Assembly: GCF_001194135.2 (NCBI RefSeq)
Contig: NC_068989.1
Span: 91,309,808-91,354,012, forward strand
Length of the DNA stretch: 44,205 nucleotides
Direction of reading: 5' to 3'
Source of the DNA: Octopus bimaculoides
Taxonomy: Eukaryota
Below the pieces are notes generated by a model. That model saw only the letters and a program-made list of their open reading frames with translations, did no database searches and was not told the origin of the DNA. How positions within the stretch are numbered: position 1 is the first letter of the stretch; each line of letters opens with the position of its first letter. The translations under genes and the position numbers were made by a program. Positions 14,304-25,583 of this stretch are shown piece by piece.

Positions 14304-14720
14304 CTCTTTATTTCTTTACTCATTTACTACTTTCAGCTCGAGAGTTGCAGCCATGCTGGAGCACCACCGTTAGTTTCGCAACACTTTCATAACTTGAAAC
14401 CTCCTCTAATATGTGGAATTTGATGAATGATGGCGTCTGACGCTGCTGCCCTCATTTGTGTTCCCTGCCGTGAGGTAAGTTCACCCTCAACTCTTTCCAG
14501 GAGATCTCGTTTTGCTTTGAAGACACCTACATCACCCCTATATAGGTCTGTCAGACTTTTTGGGATGATACTGAATGGCAGTATTCCCTTGAAACACAAG
14601 CTGTTGCAATATGCTGTCTTGTATCTTGATATCCATGTCGGGGCCAATGACACTCAGCTCTTGTGCTTGAGTAAATTTTAATGCCGAAGTGTGGTACAAG
14701 TCACTCTCTCCGACCCTCCT
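14304..14720 (-). mobile_element. CR1/L2-group LINE, 3' end fragment
   Basis: AYCNSLCFKG...DVGVFKAKRDL...ELTSRQGTQMRAAASDAIIHQIPHIRGG aligns with the C-terminus of the RT-bearing copy at 43026-44152 and has the same 3' tail. Confidence 0.8.
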
Positions 14721-14761
14721 TACATACGTACATACATACATACATACATACATACATACAT
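14721..14761. repeat. (TACA)n tract at the 5' junction of Dong copy 1
   Basis: Read directly. Confidence 0.95.
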
Positions 14762-16603
14762 TATCGCAGAGCTATATTCCAGGATGTCATCCTCTAGGTG
14801 ATATTTATACTTTCCGTAAACCCTTTGTCATTCTTGTTAAGGAAGTCTGAGCTATATCTCATTAGTTCACAAAGAAACAGAAATAGCAAACTTACTCAGT
14901 GTTCCTTTGTGGATGACTTGAAGCTATATGCAAAGAATATGCTGGAGGTGAAAAAGAGCCTTGACATGGTTACACCATTTTCAATGTGTAAAGGGTTAGA
15001 GTTTGGTCAGGATAAATGATGCTGCATGGTTTTGAAAAGAGGGAAAACTGTAAAACAGACTAGTAGCAGCATCTCCTACAATGACTTAACTGTTTCCCCT
15101 ACATCTGACGAGGAATGTTACCGGTATTTTGTGGTGGATGTAAACTTATCTTATGATGGCAAATGTAAGAAGACACGTGTCAGTACAGAATATTACAAAC
15201 GAATAAAGAAAATATGGGCCTCGGAACTCTCTGCATTCCATAAAACAGTGCCAGTACTCATACCAACACCTGGGCTGCTTGAATGGACGCTTCATGAGAT
15301 CCAAGCTATTGATGTGAAAACCAGGAAGATACTAACAAGCACACATAATTTCCACATCAATAGTGATGTAGACCGCCTCTACTTAAAACGGCGGCAGAGG
15401 CTTTTGAATGTCGTATCATATCCCTTCGCCAACATCTTTGAACCACCAAGTGTCGAAGTGCATCCCTTGACCAAGTTTGCATACATGAGGCTGATAACAT
15501 CATAAGACTTGGAAGGCAGCTCCTTGAACAGCATTTCTTGTCTGATAACCTTAAATACATGCTCAAAGGAAGTCACACGACTCTACCGCAACGTATCAGC
15601 AGATGAAAGGATGAGCGTATATGAGCAGAAGACTATGCATGGATATGTCAGTAGAAAGCTGCGTGTTGATAGTAACATTGATCCTCAAAGCAGTCTATCA
15701 TGGACCAATAACCGGATTATTAACTTCCACTTTGAAGGGTATGCGTTTGCAATCCAGGAACAGGAAATTCCAACGAAATACCTGATGCATAAAAAGACCT
15801 GAGACGCAGGAAAAGCAGGAAAATGTGATAACCTATGCAGACTTTTGTGGAGTTAACACCCAAGATATCACCCACATCATAAGTACTTATCCAAAAATGT
15901 CATCACGGCATTATCTACCGATGAAACATGACGTAGTTGCTAGGACACTGTATAATGAGATCCGTCGGAAGGATAGTCCTCAGGCCAAAGAAATAAGAAC
16001 TTACAGTATGGTAGAAGTCGCAAGCACTCATAATAAAAAGGAGTGCTGGTGGAATGTCCCAGTGAAAACTCCAACAGAATGTAAACATAATAGACCTGAC
16101 ATTAATTTGGGACAGAGAAAAGAAAGTGTGTACGGTTGTGGAAATCAGCTGCCCCGAAGTTGTTAATGTTATGCTAAAGATTAGCACAAAAGAGAATACC
16201 TATGCTGAACTATTGAGAAATCTACAGCCACTCTATCCAGATTAGGAGTTCAGGCTTATACCTGTAATTATGTTACACACTGCCTAAATACCAGTCTTGA
16301 CAACTTATTCTTCTCAAAACCAAAAAGGAGAAACCTGATTCGAAGACTACAGCTCCAGTCCATCACTGGAACTGTAAAAATGTGTAAAACTTTCTAGAAG
16401 TTTATCATTTAAGTATATATGAGCACGTCTTGACATGCAACTATATGTATGAGAGTACATACATAAAACAAAACATCTGCATATTTAATTTACATACATA
16501 CAAAAATGCTCTCATGAAGGAGCCGTGGATCTTGGTTAGAAACCGGCTCTTTCTCTATTGGCAAGAAGTCTTGAAATAAAACTGTATAAAGACATACATA
16601 TAC
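14762..16603 (+). mobile_element. R4/Dong-clade non-LTR retrotransposon (RT + CCHC + restriction-like endonuclease), 5'-truncated and decayed
   Basis: FVDDLKLYAK (RT motif, 14906); YKRIKKIWASEL; frameshifted CRLC...HIISTYP zinc knuckle; KHDVVARTLY; WWNVPV..HNRPDI (16092); VVEISCP (16138). Several stops and frameshifts. Confidence 0.9.
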
Positions 16604-16662
16604 ACATGCATATATATATACATACATATATAAATACATACATATATGAATATATTTATGAA

Positions 16663-16715
<53 letters not shown>

Positions 16716-16718
16716 GTC

Positions 16719-16754
<36 letters not shown>

Positions 16755-17201
16755 NNNNNNNNNNNNNNNNNNNNNNNNNNNNNNNNNNNNNNNNNNNNNN
16801 NNNNNNNNNNNNNNNNNNNNNNNNNNNNNNNNNNNNNNNNNNNNNNNNNNNNNNNNNNNNNNNNNNNNNNNNNNNNNNNNNNNNNNNNNNNNNNNNNNNN
16901 NNNNNNNNNNNNNNNNNNNNNNNNNNNNNNNNNNNNNNNNNNNNNNNNNNNNNNNNNNNNNNNNNNNNNNNNNNNNNNNNNNNNNNNNNNNNNNNNNNNN
17001 NNCATCACATGTATGTATCTATGAGAATGTTATGCTTGTGTAATGGTATGTCTGTCCGTACGTGTATGCGCTTCTGTAAATTAAGAATCTATATGCTTGT
17101 TTATGTGTACCAGTATATGCGTGTGGCTTATATTTCCACGTACTTAGTGTTAGTTATAGGCAGACGCACACATTTTTAATATCTGCACATGTGCACATGT
17201 G

Positions 17202-17298
<97 letters not shown>

Positions 17299-18507
17299 GT
17301 CACACACGCATTAAAACATACGCGTACGCACACGTTCCAAACAGAAAGGAAAATATTTTTGTATATAAGACACTTACACAATTTTATTGAACTGAAGTCC
17401 TATTCTCACACCTGGAGTTTCACGTCATAGCATGGAATGTCAAATTCTGTAGTTTCTCGTTATTCAGGCTTGGCTTATGTACATGAAATCGGATTTGCAG
17501 CCTTTCCCATCTCTGTCGTTTCAGTAGCCGGTTATTTATGTTTGTCGATGATAATCGTTTTTCTTTTCTTCCCGTTTTATCAATTCGATTACTCTTCTAT
17601 TATTTCCTTTTTACTCACCTTTGCGGTTGTTTACATGTCAAATTTTTTTATGGGATTTTCCTATGCCAGTTTTTCTGAATTTGATTTTCCTTATATCGTT
17701 TCCCATTGGTCATTTCAGTTATCTTTTGCGGATGGGTTTCTCCTTCGCACAATAAACATCCTGTTTTGTTTCATTACGTCGGGCGTTGCTATACTTGTTT
17801 CACTTGTTCATTGCTTTGTCCAGCACCTATCCTGTATTTTCCTGTTGATTCTGTAATTCATAAATTGCTTTGGTAAAGTTATCATTCGATCCCATTGCTG
17901 TTTTTATATCTGAATACGCACAACGTGTTTTGATATATTTTTAGGTTAGCTTTCAGTCAACATCTCATGTAACGAAAATATGATTATTTATCTTGGGTTA
18001 ATTTTCATATTTTTGCTTTCCTGATGGACATTATTGTATCTTCACTGATATTCCCGCTTCTTTATGGCTTGTTTTTAATTCACACTAACTTTCAAAAGTG
18101 CATTCCTCCTCATATCTGCAACGTGGCATCATCTAATTTCTTCTTGTGAACACAAAATTATTTTACATAATTATACTAAATATTTTCTACGGTACACATA
18201 TGTCCTATCCCAGAAAGTAATTAACGTATGTATTTGCATTGATTGATATTGCCCATTTTATATTTGCATGTACTTTATTCTCTCTTAATTATCAAATGAG
18301 CTTCAATATAGTTTTGCTTTTTTTCTGCTTTGAATTTTCTGTTTTCATATTGTTTTCTAAATTACATTTCCATTTTCGGAAATTTTCCATTTAGGTCAAC
18401 GTTTTCTTTCACCAACGTGCTATTGCGTTTTAGATAACCTGTTGTTTATAACATGGAATATATGGTTCTATATTTAAGAGATGAGGAATTATGATTTGGT
18501 AGACATA

Positions 18508-18547
18508 AACTGAAAGGAGCCCGTCGTATATACATAGGTGTGTATGT

Positions 18548-18587
<40 letters not shown>

Positions 18588-18728
18588 GTGTCTATGTTCT
18601 TTCGATAAGATAAGTATCAGGCTTTAGAAAATACTGGGGTCGATTCATTCGACTAAAATTCTTCAAGTTGGTGCCCCAGCATGGCCGCGGCCTGATGACT
18701 GAAATAAGTAAAAGATAAAAGATAAAAG
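18508..18728 (+). mobile_element. bipartite SINE, 5'-truncated
   Basis: AACTGAAAGGAGCCCGTCGTATA, then (TG)n, then GATAAGATAAGTATCAGG...CTGGGGTCGATTCATTCGACT...GGTGCCCCAGCATGGCCGCGG and (GATAAAA)n. Confidence 0.85.
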
Positions 18729-18882
18729 TATTACATATATATATNNNNNNNNNNNNNNNNNNNNNNNNNNNNNNNNNNNNNNNNNNNNNNNNNNNNNNNN
18801 NNNNNNNNNNNNNNNNTATATATATATATATATATATACATAGATATATACATACATACATACATACATACATACACACACA

Positions 18883-19063
18883 TATTATTAAAGCTGCAAA
18901 AACAGCACAAAAAACTGTTACTCAAAGTTTTACGGAAATGTGAAACTCTGAGTAACAGTTTTTGGTGATGTTTTGCAGCTTTAATAATAAAGTATATTAC
19001 TCTACCTCCGGTATTCGAGTACTATTTTCCCCACTTTGTCTCACATTCATGTGCTTACTCTGG
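18883..19063 (+). mobile_element. Penelope-like terminal-repeat fragment with fold-back inversion and the 3' half of a hammerhead fold
   Basis: Inverted arms 18883-18933 and 18940-18989 around the loop GGAAAT; ACG-GAAA-TGT / GAAA / CTCTGAG / TA / ACAGTT. The PLE assignment is inference. Confidence 0.5.
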
Positions 19064-19654
19064 TATATGTATGTCATTGTTCAGTTTTATTTCAAGATTT
19101 CTTGCCAATAGAGAAAGAGCCTAAGGCTCCATCATTGGAATTTCAACATCAATAACAGGGTATTTTTGTTTGTTTGTTTGTATGCATGTATGTATATGTG
19201 CAGATGTGCATGTTTTGTTCTATGGATGTATTCTGATGCTTATTCTAGATATGCTCATAAATATTTAAATGATAAACTTCTGGGAAATTTTACACATTTT
19301 TACAGTTCTAGTGTTGGTTTGGATCTGTAGTCTTCGAATTAGCTTTCTCCTTTCTTATTTTGAGAAGCCTAATTACTCAAGATTGGTATTTAGACAGTGT
19401 GTTACATATCTCAGAGCCCCAATAAACCTGAACTTGTAAGTTGGATAGTGTAACTGCAGATTTCTCAATTGTTCAGCGTTTCATTTTTACTGATCTTCAG
19501 CTTTATTTTAACATCCGCTGAGTAGGTAATTTCCACAACAGTTTCTCTTCGCTATCCCAAATCATTATAATCAGGTCTGTTGTGCTTACATCTTATTGAG
19601 CTCTTCACAGAGACATTCCACCAGTACTCCTTTTTATTATGAGTAGCTATGGCC
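19064..19654 (-). mobile_element. R4/Dong-clade retrotransposon, second copy (RLE domain + 3' UTR)
   Basis: EYWWNVSVKSSIRCKHNRPD..IWD...VVEI. The 3' UTR GGCTCTTTCTCTATTGGCAAGAAATCTTGAAATAAAACTG is nearly identical to 16543-16584. Confidence 0.9.
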
Positions 19655-19740
19655 ATGTATGTATGTATGTATGTATGTATGTATGTAGGTAGGTAGGTAA
19701 GTAGGTATGTATGTATGTATGTATGTATGTATGTATGTAT
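19655..19740. repeat. (TATG)n/(AGGT)n tract at the 5' junction of Dong copy 2
   Basis: Read directly. Confidence 0.95.
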
Positions 19741-20355
19741 TCATTACAGTTTTAATGTGGTTTCTCGATTTAGCAGCTTCTAGACAATCCGTGTGTCACT
19801 GCATGAAAAGATGTATTATGTGCGTTGCTGAGAAATATTAATTGACACGTAAATTTCTTTTGCAAAAATTGGGAAAGAAGAAATTTTAAAAGGCTGTGAT
19901 GCGCTTAAATTTCTGTAGCATTATTTATCTGCATGACCTGAAGGGCAAGGTAGGAAAATTCGCAAATGTCAACAACGACTAAAATTTAACTGTAACGTAC
20001 ACATTTATTTTATATTTCCTTTCCGCAATTTCAACGATGTTTATAACAGTCTACTTCAAAAATGAATTGAAAGAGAAAACCTAGCCGTTGCCTATTAAGC
20101 CTCAATCACGTAATTTAAAAAACCCCTCTTCATGTGTTAACGATATTTTGAACGCTGCGCGTTATCTTTGTAAGTATCTATATGCACAAATCTCTCACTC
20201 CCTCTCTCTCTCTCTCTATTTCCCTCTGTGTCTCTGTATGTGTGTGTGTGTTCATGCAGTAGGGTGTGCGTGTGTATAATTGTGCATGTAAGCGTTGTTA
20301 TTTATGTACATGTACACACACTCACTCACACACACACAGACATACATATATGTAC

Positions 20356-20405
<50 letters not shown>

Positions 20406-20442
20406 TTATTTATTTATTATCTATCTATCTATATATATATAT

Positions 20443-20780
20443 AATTGCAGCGTGGAAGCTCTTTATAAGCCATTGAAAATAACACACAAAAACCGTTAGA
20501 TTCACTTCAATATTTAAATTTACTTTGCCAAAATATTTTCGTCGCTTTGAGACCGCGACCTGTTTATTGACAAAATTCTGTGCTGCACGGAATTTTGTCA
20601 TTGAACAGGTCGCGGTCTCAAAGCGACGAAAATATTTTGACAAATTAAATTTAAATGTTGAAGTGAATCTAACGGTTTTTGTGTTTCTTAAATGGCTTAT
20701 AAAAACCTTCAACGCTGCAGTTGTTTTCGTTCCAGCGTACGATCTCAGAACAGGTCACTTGCTATGCAAGTACATATCCC
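20443..20780 (+). mobile_element. Penelope-like terminal repeat with 280-bp fold-back palindrome
   Basis: Arms 20443-20583 and 20585-20722 are roughly 90% complementary with a 1-nt apex. The right arm continues to a (CT)n/(TA)n tract and contains a hammerhead-like fold. Confidence 0.6.
20594..20644 (+). ncRNA. hammerhead-like ribozyme fold (type I, minimal, non-canonical N3/C8 core)
   Basis: Stem I TTTGTCA/TGACAAA; core TTGAACA-G; stem II GTCGC/GCGAC; GAAA; palindromic stem III ATAT; UU at the cleavage site. Confidence 0.55.
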
Positions 20781-21002
20781 TCTCTCTCTCTTTATATATA
20801 TATGCATACGTACATTTATATATAAACAAGCAGAGGGCCCCGGCTTCACTTGGATTATAAACTCATAGCCTTTACACAGTACTCTTTGCCTGTAGCATAA
20901 GATTAGCGTATTTCTCAGAAAGTAACACTTATTTTAATACTCAAGAACACATGTTCTGAACTGAAATAAATGTGGTTATACATACACGTGCGCGTCTAGG
21001 TA

Positions 21003-21072
21003 GTCAATACCGGAAGTAAGCATTGAAAAACCTGTTGCTACGTCAATACCGGAAGTGGACATTGAAAAACCT
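21003..21072 (+). repeat. 39-bp-period direct duplication containing two ACCGGAAGT (ETS-like) motifs
   Basis: GTCAATACCGGAAGT...CATTGAAAAACCT starts at 21003 and again at 21042. Confidence 0.85.
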
Positions 21073-21164
21073 TTTTAAAGGAGTGAATCATTTATACATA
21101 AAACAATATTATCTATTTTATATAGTTATAATAAAAAAAATAAATAAATGAAGAGCCTGTTATG

Positions 21165-21236
21165 TATCCGAGGTCAAATTATTATCCGAGGTCAAATTAT
21201 TATCCGAGGTCAAATTATTATCCGAGGTCAAATTAT
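21165..21236 (+). repeat. 18-bp tandem repeat x4 (TATCCGAGGTCAAATTAT)
   Basis: Four perfect units read directly. Confidence 0.95.
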
Positions 21237-21379
21237 TAATGTATCCAAGTATAGGACCGTTTCGCGCAGCCGTTACTGCGTGAAAAGCGAATACTCTCTC
21301 TCTCTCTCTCTCTCAAACACACACATGTCTATTTTATATAATAAATATGTATTTATACATAGATAAATANNNNNNNNNN

Positions 21380-21418
<39 letters not shown>

Positions 21419-22471
21419 ACACACACACACATATATATACATACATACACACGGATGCTCATATTGGCACACACGCTTGCAGACACACACACATACACGC
21501 ACCCACGCATGCACGTATATATGTATGTATATATATTTGTTTTCGAAGTAAAATAAGCAGAACGCAATACACGAATTAAGGTTCCTAAGTTTTCGTTATA
21601 GCAACTTAATAAGTGAGGGCAGAAGATTTCAATTTAGGGGAAGAAAACAAATGGATTAAATGTGATTTAGCACGAAGATATAAGAAATTGAGTAATTTCT
21701 CTCGTATCCGCAGATAATAAAACATTATATAATATATACATCAAACACACTCACATACACGTGTATATATATGCATGTATAGCTATCCATGTATAGATAT
21801 ACAGATAGATATGCTCGCCTAAATAAATGCATACATGCATACATACACCGCTATTGCAAGCGTATGTCTGTGTAGGTGTACGTCTCTTCATAAAAATCAT
21901 CTAATCGGCTGTTAAGCGGAATCGATTTGCAACGAACATTCACAATGGATAAAATTTCCCCAATATTTGATTCGCCTTTTAGAAACTAGTTCTCGGTTGG
22001 TTTAAACAGAATCGATTAAAAATATCTAAAATCCATAAGTCTTGGGTGGTTCAGGTAGGTTGCCTGCAACGTTTTTTCTTCGGGGTTAACATTCCTCCCT
22101 CAGTTTTTCTTACTTTCATTCAGCGTCTCCTGACATTTGAATTATAGAAAAATGACTCTTGAATCAATTATTTGAAAATCCATTTTGGAAATAAACAGTT
22201 TGGTAAAAAACTAGTAAATATTTGAAATTTTCACACAGACTTGAAAATAAGGTTATAAATATGCGCTTTTTTGAAGTTCTTGTCTGAATTCTTTTCATGG
22301 AAAAATTTATTGACGTAATGAAATATTATTTATTATATAATAAAATACATTATTTTCATATATATTGACTGTTGTAATTTTTGGATTATAGAATCTTTCT
22401 TTTATTAAATTCGTTCCTCCTTTTATTTGTACAGGTTTTGAGAGTAATATTCATATGCTACTCCCGCTACA

Positions 22472-22488
22472 ACTGCTGCTGCTGCTGT

Positions 22489-22535
<47 letters not shown>

Positions 22536-22549
22536 TTACTACTACTACT
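22472..22549. repeat. (CTG)n(CTA)n microsatellite
   Basis: Read directly. Confidence 0.95.
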
Positions 22550-22636
22550 AACTTTTGCTTTGGTTTTCTCTTTCTCTCTTTTCCTCTTTCGCTCTCATAG
22601 CGTCCACATTCATCCACATATCGTAGAGTATGTTGG

Positions 22637-22830
22637 TTTTAAATTTTGGCAAAAGGCCAGCAAGTGCAAAAGAGAGGATAAATTGATGATATCGACCCAA
22701 GTCTTCAACTGGTATTTTTTTCTTTTTCTTTTGACCCCGAAAGACTGAAAAGCAAATCGACCTCGGCGGAAATTGAACTCAAAATGTAAATACGAATGAA
22801 ATGCAGTCACAGCTTGAAATGAAATGCGCT
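22637..22830 (-). mobile_element. SINE family A
   Basis: TTTTGGCAAAAGGCCAGCAA (tail), TCGACCTCGGCGGAAATTGAACTC (B box, reverse complement). Confidence 0.75.
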
Positions 22831-22953
22831 GCCTTGAAGTAGTATATATTGTAATCATCTAGTATGAACATTCAAACACCGTCACTTCCTTTCCAAATCA
22901 TATACATACAGACATACATACATACATACACACACACACATATATATGAAGTA

Positions 22954-22992
22954 GAGAAATTTGAAAAGACAACACGAAACCGGTTATTTCTC
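22954..22992 (+). ncRNA. hammerhead-like ribozyme fold (type I, minimal, U3/A8 core) at the start of a Penelope-like terminal fragment (to about 23130)
   Basis: Stem I GAGAAAT/ATTTCTC; core TTGAAAA; 1-bp stem II G...C; GAAA; palindromic stem III CCGG; UU. Flanked by (TA)n tracts. Confidence 0.5.
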
Positions 22993-24733
22993 AAAATACA
23001 ATGTTTATATACCAAAAAGATCTTATAACATTTTTATAACATTTTTCTTACATTTTTCTGACATAATTTAAATATATACTTTAACCATGTAACACAAGCC
23101 TTCTGTAGTTTTTTCACTCTTATTATCTTTTATATATATATATATATACACGAATTATATACCAATAATTCGTGTACTTAAATAATATTCAGTCTGTTGA
23201 GATGTTTTGGAGGAATAACNNNNNNNNNNNNNNNNNNNNNNNNNNNNNNNNNNNNNNNNNNNNNNNNNNNNNNNNNNNNNNNNNNNNNNNNNNNNNNNNN
23301 NNNNNNNNNNNNNNNNNNNNNNNNNNNNNNNNNNNNNNNNNNNNNNNNNNNNNNNNNNNNNNNNNNNNNNNNNNNNNNNNNNNNNNNNNNNNNNNNNNNN
23401 NNNNNNNNNNNNNNNNNNNNNNNNNNNNNNNNNNNNNNNNNNNNNNNNNNNNNNNNNNNNNNNNNNNNNNNNNNNNNNNNNNNNNNNNNNNNNNNNNNNN
23501 NNNNNNNNNNNNNNNNNNNNNNNNNNNNNNNNNNNNNNNNNNNNNNNNNNNNNNNNNNNNNNNNNNNNNNNNNNNNNNNNNNNNNNNNNNNNNNNNNNNN
23601 NNNNNNNNNNNNNNNNNNNNNNNNNNNNNNNNNNNNNNNNNNNNNNNNNNNNNNNNNNNNNNNNNNNNNNNNNNNNNNNNNNNNNNNNNNNNNNNNNNNN
23701 NNNNNNNNNNNNNNNNNNNNNNNNNNNNNNNNNNNNNNNNNNNNNNNNNNNNNNNNNNNNNNNNNNNNNNNNNNNNNNNNNNNNNNNNNTATATAACACA
23801 CATTTACACACAAAATACGTATGAACTAAACTTTAAATAAAACATTTACACGGACAAAGATAAAAACACACATACTTGAAAGCGTGATTATGAATGCAAG
23901 TGAGATAATTTGCTGAAGCAAAGGTGCAAATATTGTTTCGGAAATAGATGTATACCATAATGATGGCTGTATGATTTTTATTTCTTTCAGTTATCCAACT
24001 GGAAGTTTATGATTGGTTAGACTAGTTACTTGTGAGTTCTCTGTTTCAAAACGAAAATAAGCTTTGACAGATTTATCGTAAATCTGTTTCCGGATTAATA
24101 AATGAATACTAATACTTGTAAAGACAAACCTTAAATATACTTTTGTTTAAACGTACGTTCTCCGTCTGCAATCATTGCATTAGCTTATTTCTGCACAAAT
24201 ATTAACATCTTGGCAAGACAAGCCCGTTGGAACTTAATACTATTGACGCAATTTCAGAAAGCTGCCGAAACTGAAATAATTGCATGGGAAATCCATTTTG
24301 TATTGCACTTGCTAATGGAACTCGAAAAGGTCTTTTACAGGAAGCATAGCTTCTTGTAAGCCTAATCTTATTTCTGTTAAAGATTTTGTTTTGATTTTGA
24401 TTCAAAGGTAAACGTAGACAAATTAAATGGGGAAAACTTTCGTTATGTTTACCTGCACATTTAAACTACATACTGGATTAAACCACAAATACACATGTTT
24501 CTATTTTTACGCTTTCAAAATTTGGGTCTTATTCTCAGTAAAATCACTTCTGCAGGGGAATGCATTATAACATTGAGAAGCACTGTTAAACGTGGGATCA
24601 TCTGAAGATAATTACAATTACATATAATACTAAATAACAATAGGAATAATTTAATATGAAATTGCAGTAGTCTTCAAAATATTATTTCTATAGTTTTGAT
24701 TTAACATCAAGAAATAATAATATATATTTTCAG

Positions 24734-24745
24734 ATGTGAGCACAG
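24734..24745 (+). CDS. candidate 12-nt microexon of an unidentified host gene
   Basis: TTTAAC (branch-point-like)...TATATTTTCAG | ATGTGAGCACAG | GTAAAT. Frame-preserving. Splice signals only. Confidence 0.3.
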
Positions 24746-25129
24746 GTAAATAAGCTAAAACAATAAGTTACAACGAGAATGAGATTCTTGTGTGATTCGG
24801 AAAGAATAATAAGAAAAGAAAAGATTTTAGTATTCAATAGAAAATACTTCTTTGTGTGATAATAATATTTCGCCAAATAAATTTACAAATATAATTACAG
24901 ATTCGGTATGTATGTTTATATATATAAAAACATTAAATACAGTATTTCAAATTCTACCTTAAGCAATTAAAGTTAACCAACAGAAGTGTGATATTGACAC
25001 ACATACATACAACGAAATGGAATCTCGTGTTTTTTTGTCATGTAATTATTATTTCTAAGTAAGAGATCATAACAAGAATTTTAGCATATGAGAATTTGAG
25101 AAGCCTCTCAAGAAATCACAGTTGTTTAT

Positions 25130-25328
25130 TCTTTTATTCTTTGATTTGTTTTAGTCATTTGACTGCGGCCATGCTGGAGTACCGCATTTAGTTGAGCAAA
25201 CTAACTGCAGGACGTTTGTAAGCCTAGTACTTATTCTATCGGTCTCTTTTACCGAAACGCTAGGTTACGAAAACGTAAACTCACCAGTATCGGTTGTCAA
25301 ACGATGCTGGGGAACAAACACAGGCACA

Positions 25329-25367
<39 letters not shown>

Positions 25368-25391
25368 ACACACACATAGACAGACAGACAG

Positions 25392-25430
<39 letters not shown>

Positions 25431-25583
25431 GACGACGGCCTTCTTTCAGTTTCCGTCTACCAAATCAACTCACAAGGCTTTGGTCGGCCCGAGGCTATAG
25501 TAGAAGACACTTGCTCAAGGTGTGACGTAGTGAAACTGAACCCGGAACGATGTAGTTGGTAAGCAAGCTACTTACCACTTAGC
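25130..25583 (-). mobile_element. bipartite microsatellite-SINE, complete
   Basis: Tail GACTGCGGCCATGCTGGAGTACCGC, right arm, (CA)/(CAGA)/(TA) microsatellite 25318-25430, left arm and head. Confidence 0.92.

Noticed and set aside
16510-16560. CTCATGAAGG...GAAACCGG resembling a hammerhead
   Set aside because: The core lacks G5/A6 and no stem I can form. It is better explained as the Dong 3' UTR hairpin (GAGCC/GGCTC).
21165-21236. Repeat array as a possible CRISPR
   Set aside because: The units are contiguous with no spacers, the genome is eukaryotic and there are no cas genes.
24135-24357. 74-codon open frame (...KAAETEIIAWEIHFVLHLLMELEK...)
   Set aside because: Weak donor and no recognisable homology.
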